A stretch of 20,000 nt of DNA, from IMG/VR virus record IMGVR_UViG_3300025674_000003, one strand, 5' to 3'. Position 1 is the stretch's first letter. Every line of letters starts with the position of its first letter. The DNA is from an uncultured virus (IMG/VR IMGVR_UViG_3300025674_000003) (taxonomy: Duplodnaviria; Heunggongvirae; Uroviricota; Caudoviricetes; Crassvirales). Positions 1 to 8,168 of this stretch are shown in pieces. The notes beneath the pieces are model-generated. The model saw only the letters and a list, made by a program, of their open reading frames with translations. It was not told the origin of the DNA and made no database searches. The translations under genes and the position numbers were made by a program.

Positions 1-2376
1 GTTTTCAGATGTATATAAGACTTCAAACTTTACAACATCACCAACCGGTATCCCTGTTGAAAAAGTTACTTGTACATAATTATTTGAATTAGCTATAGTA
101 TATGAAGTACTATCTTGTAGTATCCAACCATTACCGCTATCAACTAAAACTCTAAAAGTATTATCATTTGAATTAGCATCTGCATACAATATAGTTGTTG
201 AAAAAACTGTTTGATTAGCAGTTGCTATTATACACTCTGTACCTAAACTTCTAAAATAAGCATATAATGCACTTGGTGCACTTGCAGTTTCTGTGTCTAC
301 TTCATAGTAATTACCTTGAGCATATGCTCCTGGATAACCAGATATACCTATATCACCTTCTGGTATTTGTTGTAAGTAATTTAAAGTAAGAGTATCACCC
401 GTCCAAGGTTGAAGTGAATTGCTAAAACTTATTGGTTTGTAATCGTGATAAAAATTAGAACCAGGTTGAGGATCACCATTTGAATCTAAAACACCATCAT
501 AATTAGATAATACAACATCAGTTTGCCTACCATATTTGTCAGACAAAACAATACCGACTTGATAATTTCTATTTTGTTTTACTGAATGCTGAGGATATTC
601 TATAAACTGCTGAGCGCTTTTATCAGCAACACCTACATAGTAATCTAATCCATTTGGAGCACTATGACCTTCTAGGTAATTAGCATACATTATTCTATTG
701 CCGCTTGTTTCTTGAGCTAAAGCTTTAACAGGAACTTTGTCAAATACTCTAGTCGTTTGTATTGCTGGTAAAGTTGTTATAGGTATAGTTGATTGATAAG
801 AGTATTGATAAATGTTAGTATTATTTAATGAGTTTATAAAACTAGAATCTACTTTTACTGTTTCAATAACTTGATATGCTTGAGTATCTGACTGCTTGTA
901 TATTATGTCTATAGCTTTTACCTTATACTTATTTATTATATCAATACATGGTAACTCAATATTTAAAACAGCGTTGTTTATAGAGTTCTGCATAAACTCT
1001 ACAACACTAGTTATAAAAGCTTGATTTTCATCATCATTAACAAACTCACCTTCTTGGTAAGGTATAAATACATCTTGACTAAATGGAGCTATAGTTGAAT
1101 ATTCGTTATCATCAAATTTAAATCTATAAGAAAATCTAACAAATCTTTCTGATAAATAATCAGGATCTCCATTCCAACCAGTGTAATTAGTGTTTCTTAA
1201 AACTCTTACAGAGTAACCATCAACTGTAGCGCTAGTACCTGTCGTAGATATGGCATTTGTAGTATTGAATTTAACAAAAGCATTTGCATTAGGATTTGAA
1301 GAATCATAAGCATCTGATGTCCAAAATCTAGTTTCTGTTGTTAAATTTAAAAAACCTTGAGGATCAGGACTTGTTGTACTGTTTCTATAACCAGCTGGTA
1401 AAACATCTGTACCGAGTTGATCATCACCAGCTCCAGAAGCCCATAAAAATTGACTTTTATAAATACTAGCCGAAGATCCAGCTGTACCTATAATACCATT
1501 CCATTCAGCTAAAGTGGGTATTCTATGACCAACAGGAGCTAAACCTCTAGGATCTATAACAGCCCATTTGTTGTATAATAAACCATATGTTACACCATTA
1601 CCATTATAATTAGCATAATAACACCATCTGCCTTGTTGATTTTGATCAGCTGTGGTCCAGTCTGCTATATTTTGAGCTTCAGGTATTGCATCTCCATTTC
1701 TATATTTTTTTACAGCTAAATTTTCTTGAGATATTTTATATATACCTATTTCTACTACTGGAGGATCAGCAGCATCAGACATTGTTGATGGTTTTAATAC
1801 TTGCTGAAAATTAGCATAATAAGAAGCTCCAGCTCTCATATTTATAAAAGATGGTGGAGAATAAGGAGCAAATTTAGCTACAGATATTTGATCTTCATTA
1901 GTATAATAACCTAATGGTTTATCTACATTTATTTTTCTAGGTTGATTTCTATTGTCTGTAAAAAATAATTGGTTTTCTATTAAACTTATTCCAGACATGA
2001 AAAAATCATTATTACCAGAAAAATTTAAAAAACTACCATTTACTAATTCTGTTCTATTATTTGTTAATATGTTAACATAACCAATACTACACAAAGCGTT
2101 TAAAGGCGCGGGATCAGTTCCAAAATAATTAGTTCTAAAATAATATAATCTATTATTAGCTTCATCTTCGTAAACACCAATTATAATATGACCACTAGCT
2201 GGTGTTACGCCTGTTGTTGAATTACCTAATATAGACTCAACAGCACCAACATCGCTATTTTCTGATCTAGATATAGCTATGTTTAAAGCATCTCTATATT
2301 CGTTATTTGGAATTAGTCTTTCATCTAAGTCTTTATTCATTTTAGACTTAATGAAACTATTTTTAGCTTCTGCCAT
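1..2376 (-). CDS. Tail stabilization / muzzle-type protein (crAss-like, P22 gp10-analogous), partial: runs off the left end of the window
   Basis: Not in the ORF track because it has no stop in the window. ATG at 2376. Hand translation gives MAEAKNSFIKSKMNKDLDERLIPNNEYRDALNIAISRSENSDVGAVE..., VRFSYRFKFDDNEYSTIAPFSQ, RVFDKVPVKALAQETSGNRIMYANY and SVKQNRNYQVGIVLSDKYGRQT, motifs I recognise from crAss-like stabilization proteins. No stop was found in the translated 1800-1 segment. Sits after the ring-protein genes. Confidence 0.85.
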   Translation of the reverse strand, partial: MAEAKNSFIKSKMNKDLDERLIPNNEYRDALNIAISRSENSDVGAVESILGNSTTGVTPASGHIIIGVYEDEANNRLYYFRTNYFGTDPAPLNALCSIGYVNILTNNRTELVNGSFLNFSGNNDFFMSGISLIENQLFFTDNRNQPRKINVDKPLGYYTNEDQISVAKFAPYSPPSFINMRAGASYYANFQQVLKPSTMSDAADPPVVEIGIYKISQENLAVKKYRNGDAIPEAQNIADWTTADQNQQGRWCYYANYNGNGVTYGLLYNKWAVIDPRGLAPVGHRIPTLAEWNGIIGTAGSSASIYKSQFLWASGAGDDQLGTDVLPAGYRNSTTSPDPQGFLNLTTETRFWTSDAYDSSNPNANAFVKFNTTNAISTTGTSATVDGYSVRVLRNTNYTGWNGDPDYLSERFVRFSYRFKFDDNEYSTIAPFSQDVFIPYQEGEFVNDDENQAFITSVVEFMQNSINNAVLNIELPCIDIINKYKVKAIDIIYKQSDTQAYQVIETVKVDSSFINSLNNTNIYQYSYQSTIPITTLPAIQTTRVFDKVPVKALAQETSGNRIMYANYLEGHSAPNGLDYYVGVADKSAQQFIEYPQHSVKQNRNYQVGIVLSDKYGRQTDVVLSNYDGVLDSNGDPQPGSNFYHDYKPISFSNSLQPWTGDTLTLNYLQQIPEGDIGISGYPGAYAQGNYYEVDTETASAPSALYAYFRSLGTECIIATANQTVFSTTILYADANSNDNTFRVLVDSGNGWILQDSTSYTIANSNNYVQVTFSTGIPVGDVVKFEVLYTSEN
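1198..1755 (-). other. FISUMP / Fib_succ_major (Fibrobacter succinogenes major paralogous) domain inserted in the tail stabilization protein
   Basis: Hand translation: VEIGIYKISQENLAVKKYRNGDAIP...WCYY...YGLLYNKWAVIDPRGLAPVGHRIPTLAEW...LPAGYR...TRFWTS...GYSVRVL. This follows the family's motif series (ENL..YRNGD.IP; YG.LYN(W).AV; P.GW.IP..EW; LP.GYR; FWTS; GYSVRC). Confidence 0.85.
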
Positions 2377-2379
2377 GTA

Positions 2380-3642
2380 TTAATTTTTTATCCACTTAGA
2401 CTTATTTCTCATCACTTGAACTATTTCTCCAAGTTTTATGTTAGATAGTCTTATTTTAGCATTTCTTAATTTAGATATTTTATCTTTTCTTAATCTTTGT
2501 ACTATATACTCTGGTTGATTAATTCTACCTGATATTAAAGAATATAATATCGTTGCATACATTGCATCTTCTGCTAGTTTAGGTACTCTACTATCTAAAT
2601 CATAAGCTAAACCATCAGATATGTATTCAAATGATATTAACTTATTCACTAAATTACTTGAAAAAGATAATTTATTTTCTCTTTCATTTATATTAAACCA
2701 ACCATTAGCTTGAGATGCGCTAGGTTCTAAACCGTACATTTGACCATAACCCCATTGGCCAAAACCTCCCCAACCATATCCATATCCATACCAATCTTCT
2801 TCTGTAAATGCATTTTCAACAATACCATCTAACAAATTAGGATCTGCTTTATGCCATCTATGTTGAATAATTGATGTTCCTTCAAGATCGTTACCAAAAT
2901 TATCTTGAGTAGGTATACCTTCTGAATCTTGAGCTTGAGTATAATATGGACTTATAGTAATGTTGTCTGCAGGATATATAATATGTTTTACACCTAAATC
3001 ATCAATCCAAGAGCATCTAACGTAATTAACATAATCTTGAGGTAAAACAAGTGTTAAATTAGAAGGAATTGTTAATTCAGATGATTTAATACTTTTCAAT
3101 GTATCGTAACTGAACTCCTGCATAGCTCTTTTTGCAAAGAAAATAATATCACTTCTTTTAGCATTTGGTAATAATTTATCTTGTCCGACATACCCAACTT
3201 GAAAATTATTTATAATATCATTTAATTTTATGTATTGATAACTGCCGTAATTATCTTCAGTAGCTTCGCCATATGCTTTTTGTGATTCATCTAATCCATA
3301 TTTACCACCTGTTAAAATAGTTAATTGAACTACTATAAAAGCATCGGCACCAGGCGCCGCTGCTAAAACTACTGTTTTATTGTCAGCTTCCACAGACATA
3401 CTAGTATTCCATTCTACATAAGAATTTGGTAAACCTGTTGGACTTGTGTAAACTTTAAAATTATTTAAAGCATAATCTGCGTTATTAGAATCCCAGTCAC
3501 CTAAATACAAGTCGGTGTCAAAAGTAGTTACAAACTTTTGATTCTGATCGTTTGCATTGTTACCTCTAAAACCCTGCGCTCCTTGATAATACTGTTGAGC
3601 TGTTTCGCTTATTAATCCATTGTTTGGTGGTAATATTGCCAT
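2380..3642 (-). CDS. Virion structural protein, tail tubular / ring-type (420 aa)
   Basis: Lies immediately upstream of the stabilization gene. Motifs AKRAMQEFSYD, LPQDYVNYVR and EYISDGL, with a basic C-terminus, as in crAss-like ring proteins. Has an N-terminal beta-rich extra domain. Confidence 0.7.
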   Translation of the reverse strand: MAILPPNNGLISETAQQYYQGAQGFRGNNANDQNQKFVTTFDTDLYLGDWDSNNADYALNNFKVYTSPTGLPNSYVEWNTSMSVEADNKTVVLAAAPGADAFIVVQLTILTGGKYGLDESQKAYGEATEDNYGSYQYIKLNDIINNFQVGYVGQDKLLPNAKRSDIIFFAKRAMQEFSYDTLKSIKSSELTIPSNLTLVLPQDYVNYVRCSWIDDLGVKHIIYPADNITISPYYTQAQDSEGIPTQDNFGNDLEGTSIIQHRWHKADPNLLDGIVENAFTEEDWYGYGYGWGGFGQWGYGQMYGLEPSASQANGWFNINERENKLSFSSNLVNKLISFEYISDGLAYDLDSRVPKLAEDAMYATILYSLISGRINQPEYIVQRLRKDKISKLRNAKIRLSNIKLGEIVQVMRNKSKWIKN

Positions 3643-3648
3643 ATCTTA

Positions 3649-4593
3649 TTAATTTCTTTTGTTTTGTTCTTCTTTTTGAACTTCAGCTGTAGCAGCTTGT
3701 ATAATTAGAGGATCTTTTATAACTATACCAGCATATTGTAATATTTGTAATATAACATTGTTTTGCTCTGTAGGATCTAGTTCGAAATCTACAGAAGTAG
3801 CAGGATCCCAAACATAATAACCAGCTGATGAGTCAAAGTTCCAAACAACATCTGCAGGTTTTTTTATATAAGTAGCTTGTATACTAGAATTTATTGTTTG
3901 AGGATAAACTATTATTTGTTTGTTTTCATAAACAAAAACAGGAAAATAATCTGATGGTTTAGTTATAGGAGATAAATTCATTAAAGCAAGTTCATGTCTT
4001 TCTATCATTTCAACAGCTTTATCTTCTTTATATAAAACAGTTCCTAATCTATAAAAATCTTGAGGATACAATATTATTCTTATAGTGCTTCCAGTTGCAA
4101 TAGCACCAGCGGTTAAATTAAAAGCGCCGCCAGTTATATTAAAATTAGCATATGCTACACCTGGACTGCCTGTAGGTGTTTCTAGTGTTACTTGAACGTT
4201 ACTAGTTTCTACTTGAGCTTGTGTTATTGATGTTAGTGGGTATGATGTTGTGTTGTTTGCAGTGGCAAAAACCTGAGATCCAGTTGCAACACCTGAAGAA
4301 TTTGGTGTTGTAAAGTAACCAGGGTAGGTTGTAGTTGGAGCTGTATAAGTACAGTTGCCTATTCTTTTAAAAGCATCTAGTTTTTCTTGTACATTTTTAT
4401 AGCGATTACCATATTCGCTATCATTTTGTGGCAATCTCATTTGTTGATTTATAGTTTGAAAATAATCATCAACTATGTCTAACTGAACTTGTGTTGCTAG
4501 TTTATTAAACTCGTTAGGCGTTAAATAGCCTCTTTGTTCTTTGTTTATAATTAACAAGACTGTTTTATAGACTTGATCTACGTTTATTGCCAT
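3649..4593 (-). CDS. Virion structural protein, head-tail ring/adaptor type (314 aa)
   Basis: N-terminal INKEQRGYLTPNEFNKLATQVQ and C-terminal YIKKP..V.W...DFEL; position between the capsid and tail genes. Confidence 0.65.
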   Translation of the reverse strand: MAINVDQVYKTVLLIINKEQRGYLTPNEFNKLATQVQLDIVDDYFQTINQQMRLPQNDSEYGNRYKNVQEKLDAFKRIGNCTYTAPTTTYPGYFTTPNSSGVATGSQVFATANNTTSYPLTSITQAQVETSNVQVTLETPTGSPGVAYANFNITGGAFNLTAGAIATGSTIRIILYPQDFYRLGTVLYKEDKAVEMIERHELALMNLSPITKPSDYFPVFVYENKQIIVYPQTINSSIQATYIKKPADVVWNFDSSAGYYVWDPATSVDFELDPTEQNNVILQILQYAGIVIKDPLIIQAATAEVQKEEQNKRN

Positions 4594-4613
4594 TTTTATA
4601 TCTTTATTTTAAC

Positions 4614-4639
4614 ATAAGGCCCGAGTAATCGAGCCCTAT
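4614..4639 (-). terminator. Intergenic stem-loop (weak terminator or processing site)
   Basis: Minus strand TAGGGCTCGA-TTAC-TCGGGCCTTA: 10-bp stem with two G-U pairs, which pair only on the minus-strand RNA. Only a short U run (TGTT) follows. Confidence 0.6.
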
Positions 4640-4646
4640 ATTAGTA

Positions 4647-4659
4647 TTACATGTTATTT
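4647..4659 (-). promoter_or_regulatory. Copy 1 of 13-bp intergenic motif AAATAACATGTAA (candidate phage promoter)
   Basis: Exact match to 15637-15649; both copies lie upstream of a minus-strand gene start. Confidence 0.4.
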
Positions 4660-5409
4660 AAACTTTTTCTCTATAGATTTAAATATTTCTACACCTTCAT
4701 CTGTTTTAAAGAATGCAGCCATTGCAGAGTATGGATTTTCGTCAAATGGAACAGTCATTAGCTTTTTACCGTTTGATGCCCAGGTAAAGAATCTTTGATC
4801 TTGAGATAAGTCTATTATATTGGCTTCAACAGCTTTAATAGCAAAGTTTCTTAACTCTACATTTTCATCATTAACTAGTTCTATAAATAATTCGGGATTA
4901 TTTCTAGCAAATATTAATAAATCTCTTTTAAGTTCTTTAGAACTCATTTCATTTACTCTTGAACCTACTTCAACTCTCATTATTGCTTCTGCCATGTTTA
5001 TATCAACATTTCTAGCGGCATTTAAAGCGTCAACCTGTAAATTTAAAATATCTAATTCATCTACAGCAACCTCAACAGGATCAAATTCGTAATAACTTTT
5101 ATTTCTTAACGGATGATAAAGAGATAATAATTTTTGAAGATTTTGTTTAGATTTTGGAACAGCTAATACACCGTCTCTAAACACAATATGACCTAAAGTA
5201 GCTTCACCTTTTTGTTCATCTACAAATACAGAATTTTGATTTGTAGCATATCTTATTTCTCTTTGTTCTTTTTTATCTTCGTCAAAATATAAAAGAGCGT
5301 GTTTTCTTGTATGTTTTGATGGGATAGTAAAAGTCAATGGTTCTATTCCATTAGAAAGAATGTATCTTCTATCTTTTATTTCCCAAGTTTCTTTTTTTTC
5401 TTTTTTCAT
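4654..5409 (-). CDS. Conserved phage protein following the major capsid gene (251 aa)
   Basis: Uninterrupted ORF with genome-typical codon usage, directly downstream of the MCP as in crAss-like capsid modules. Function unknown. Confidence 0.6.
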   Translation of the reverse strand: MKKEKKETWEIKDRRYILSNGIEPLTFTIPSKHTRKHALLYFDEDKKEQREIRYATNQNSVFVDEQKGEATLGHIVFRDGVLAVPKSKQNLQKLLSLYHPLRNKSYYEFDPVEVAVDELDILNLQVDALNAARNVDINMAEAIMRVEVGSRVNEMSSKELKRDLLIFARNNPELFIELVNDENVELRNFAIKAVEANIIDLSQDQRFFTWASNGKKLMTVPFDENPYSAMAAFFKTDEGVEIFKSIEKKFK

Positions 5410-5442
5410 GATATAATATAATTAAATAGTTTATAATAATTA

Positions 5443-5460
5443 CCCCGCCCGAAGACGGGG
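5443..5460 (-). terminator. Stem-loop after the major capsid gene (probable partial terminator)
   Basis: Minus strand CCCCGTC-TTCG-GGCGGGG, a cUUCGg tetraloop hairpin, followed by an AU-rich but interrupted tail (TAATTATTAT), 20 nt after the MCP stop. Confidence 0.75.
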
Positions 5461-5480
5461 ATAATCATCAGTTTGGATTA

Positions 5481-6920
5481 TTATAATCCTTTAAACAATA
5501 CAAAGTTGTTAGCAGCTTGTGTTACTAAACATCTTTCAGATAGGAAGTTTACTTCCATAGCATCTAGATCAGATGTAAAAGCACCACCAGCAGAACCAGT
5601 TAACCATGATTTCATTCTTCTGTCATCACCTTGAGAAGCTCTATATCTTACGTGTAAGAAAGGTCTTCTAATGTTAGTACCTAAGATTTGATCATATACT
5701 GTTGAAGTTCCAGCAGGAATTAAAACACCTTCGATTGATGAAGGTCCAACCATTCCACCTCTTGTAGAAGCGTCATTTAAGTATTTCCAGTCAGTTTTGT
5801 AGAAATCATAAGATCCTCTACGGAAACCTGAAAATCCAAGGTTAAGAGCCATTTCTTCAGAATTTTCAAACAAACCAAAAGCAGTACCTCCAGCGTATCC
5901 GCCAGAAATGCTAGCTAGCATGTCATCAAAGTCAAGAGCAGTTTGTCTCTGTAAGAAAAGCATGTTTTCTTCAATAGCACCTTGAGTGTCTAAGTTTTTA
6001 AGAATTGCATCAAAAGCATCAATTCCAGCAGCAGCAGTAAAACCAGTTTGTACATTACCTCTATCATTGATAGCAGCAAATAAACCTTGAGTACCACCTA
6101 ATCCAGCAGGAATAGCAGCGTTATTTTTTAATTCTCCTTCAACCATAGCCATTTCTAGGTAATCTTCAAAACGTAGTCTTGTTTCAGACTCTGCTTTTAA
6201 ATACCATAAATAACCAGAAGTTCCGTCTTCAGTTGCAACTTCTACCCAACCGATTTGTGCCATATCAGAACCATTTACAACGTATTTGTTTCTAATAATG
6301 ATTGGTGAGTTAGAATATTGCTTAAATGAAGGATCAACACTAATATAGCCGTCTGTTGAAGTTGCACTATAATTAGGTGTTGAAGAACCTTTAGCGTATT
6401 CAGAACCATATACAAATACTTTTACTTTACCAGTTAAACCAGCAAGAGCTAAAGTATTAGCAGTATAAGGTAGAGCAGTAATTTGTCCTACACCAGCTCC
6501 ACCAGGAACAGTAGCGCTAACATAACATTTTGCTTCTACTCCATTGTCATCTAAAACTACGATAGTAGCTCCTACAGATATAACGTTAGTTACATCAGCA
6601 GCTGTACCTGTAAAATTGATAACATTACTTGCACCGTAAGCAGGTGTAAGACCAGTATAAGCTATATGTAGTCTGTTTTGCTCAGACCAAATTACTTGAT
6701 CAGAGGTCATAGGCATTTCAGCCCCTACCATACGTAAAAATCCGCCTAACGTTCTGTTTCCATAACGCTCTACTTCTTGTTCGTATACCTCAGGTAGGTA
6801 TTGTTGCGCGAAATCTACAAAATCAGCAGCAGCTTTGTCAGTCCACTGTAGATAATTGCTATTTAAGACTTCTTGCTTTTGAGATGGGACAATTGACCCA
6901 AATTGTGGTGTTAAAGCCAT
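5481..6920 (-). CDS. Major capsid protein (479 aa)
   Basis: Follows portal and scaffold and is followed by a hairpin. Motifs QQYLPEVYEQEVERYGNRT, WSEQNRLH, GYLWYLKAESETRLRFEDYLE and LNLGFSGFRRGSYDFYK are typical of Bacteroidota podophage MCPs. Confidence 0.88.
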   Translation of the reverse strand: MALTPQFGSIVPSQKQEVLNSNYLQWTDKAAADFVDFAQQYLPEVYEQEVERYGNRTLGGFLRMVGAEMPMTSDQVIWSEQNRLHIAYTGLTPAYGASNVINFTGTAADVTNVISVGATIVVLDDNGVEAKCYVSATVPGGAGVGQITALPYTANTLALAGLTGKVKVFVYGSEYAKGSSTPNYSATSTDGYISVDPSFKQYSNSPIIIRNKYVVNGSDMAQIGWVEVATEDGTSGYLWYLKAESETRLRFEDYLEMAMVEGELKNNAAIPAGLGGTQGLFAAINDRGNVQTGFTAAAGIDAFDAILKNLDTQGAIEENMLFLQRQTALDFDDMLASISGGYAGGTAFGLFENSEEMALNLGFSGFRRGSYDFYKTDWKYLNDASTRGGMVGPSSIEGVLIPAGTSTVYDQILGTNIRRPFLHVRYRASQGDDRRMKSWLTGSAGGAFTSDLDAMEVNFLSERCLVTQAANNFVLFKGL

Positions 6921-6936
6921 AATCTTTAATTTTTAA

Positions 6937-8136
6937 TTAGTTAAATTTTTTTGTTTTTATCTTTAATTTAGAAGAATCAGCACCACTTATAGCCCTTACT
7001 TTTAGACCATTAACAAAAACACTTCCAGCATTACCTTCTTTTCTAGGTTCTGTAGTTATGTTTTTAGACTTAGCAACAACGTCTTTTACAGCGTCGGCTT
7101 TGCCTTGTTCGTAAAAATGTTTAGCTATTGTATCTGCATTTCTTGCAGCATACATGGCTTTGTGATAACCTTTTGCATCTTCTAGTACACCTTTTTCATT
7201 TAAGAACGTCTTAACAAAATTAGTAATGTCTAGTTGATTGTCAACCACTTCGTTTGGATTTTTAATACCGTATCTAAATTTTTTTTCTCCTAAATCAAAA
7301 TCAAAACCTTCGAATTTATCATTAAAAGTACTTCTTGTTACACGTTCAAAATCTTCTCGTTGTTTGGATAACACTTTTTGTTCCTCATTGTATCTATTAA
7401 AAAAGTCAATTGCTTTTTGTTGATCTTTATTTACGTTTGATTTCAACTTGATTTCATCGTAATATTTACTTTTAAGATCTTCTAAAAAGCTTTTAGCTTT
7501 TCCAATTTCTTCTTTATATGCTAGTTTTTTCTTTCTAACATCTCTTTCGTCGTCTACTTCTTCGTCATATTTAAAGTTATCTTCTAATAAAAAATTAACT
7601 TCTTCATAATCTAAATGTGGACGAGTATTTTTATAATATTCTCTTAGTAAGCTAGTGTCATCTACTTTAGTGTAATCAGCACTTAGTCTTACATAATCTT
7701 GAACCGTTCCACCAGTTTCTTCCATAAAATTAACAAGCTTTTCAATATTTTCAGGTAATGGTTTACCTAAAACTTTTTCATCTCTTATAGCTTCTTCAAC
7801 TTGTTTTTTTATTTCTTTTTCTTCTTTCTTTTCTTCTACTGGTATTTCTTTAATAACAGTCTCAGCGGGCTCTTCGTGTGTTTGTCCCACTTTTTGCAAT
7901 CCCACCTCGGATCCTTCTTCGCGTAACACGCTGCTCTCTGTTTCTTGCTTTTGAACGGCATCTTGTTTTTCTTTTGTTTTTGATAAATCTATTTTTGCAG
8001 GTTCCTCTTTTTTAGCAGAAGCCATATCCATTTTAATTGTTTCTTCTGGTGTTGTAAGTTTTTTAGGAACTCTTTTTTTAGATTTAATTTTAAAATCTCC
8101 TTCCTGTTTTACAGGTTCATTGTTTTTTTCTGACAT
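6937..8136 (-). CDS. Putative capsid scaffolding protein (399 aa)
   Basis: Between portal and MCP; very E/K-rich, disordered N-terminus and helical C-terminal half (HFYEQGKADA). Confidence 0.7.
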   Translation of the reverse strand: MSEKNNEPVKQEGDFKIKSKKRVPKKLTTPEETIKMDMASAKKEEPAKIDLSKTKEKQDAVQKQETESSVLREEGSEVGLQKVGQTHEEPAETVIKEIPVEEKKEEKEIKKQVEEAIRDEKVLGKPLPENIEKLVNFMEETGGTVQDYVRLSADYTKVDDTSLLREYYKNTRPHLDYEEVNFLLEDNFKYDEEVDDERDVRKKKLAYKEEIGKAKSFLEDLKSKYYDEIKLKSNVNKDQQKAIDFFNRYNEEQKVLSKQREDFERVTRSTFNDKFEGFDFDLGEKKFRYGIKNPNEVVDNQLDITNFVKTFLNEKGVLEDAKGYHKAMYAARNADTIAKHFYEQGKADAVKDVVAKSKNITTEPRKEGNAGSVFVNGLKVRAISGADSSKLKIKTKKFN

Positions 8137-8168
8137 AATATAATATAATTAAAAATTTACAATTTTTT

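Noticed and set aside
1198..1330. Diversity-generating retroelement acting on the FISUMP domain
   Set aside because: No reverse transcriptase and no template repeat seen in the window, and the domain is internal; cannot be excluded elsewhere in the genome.
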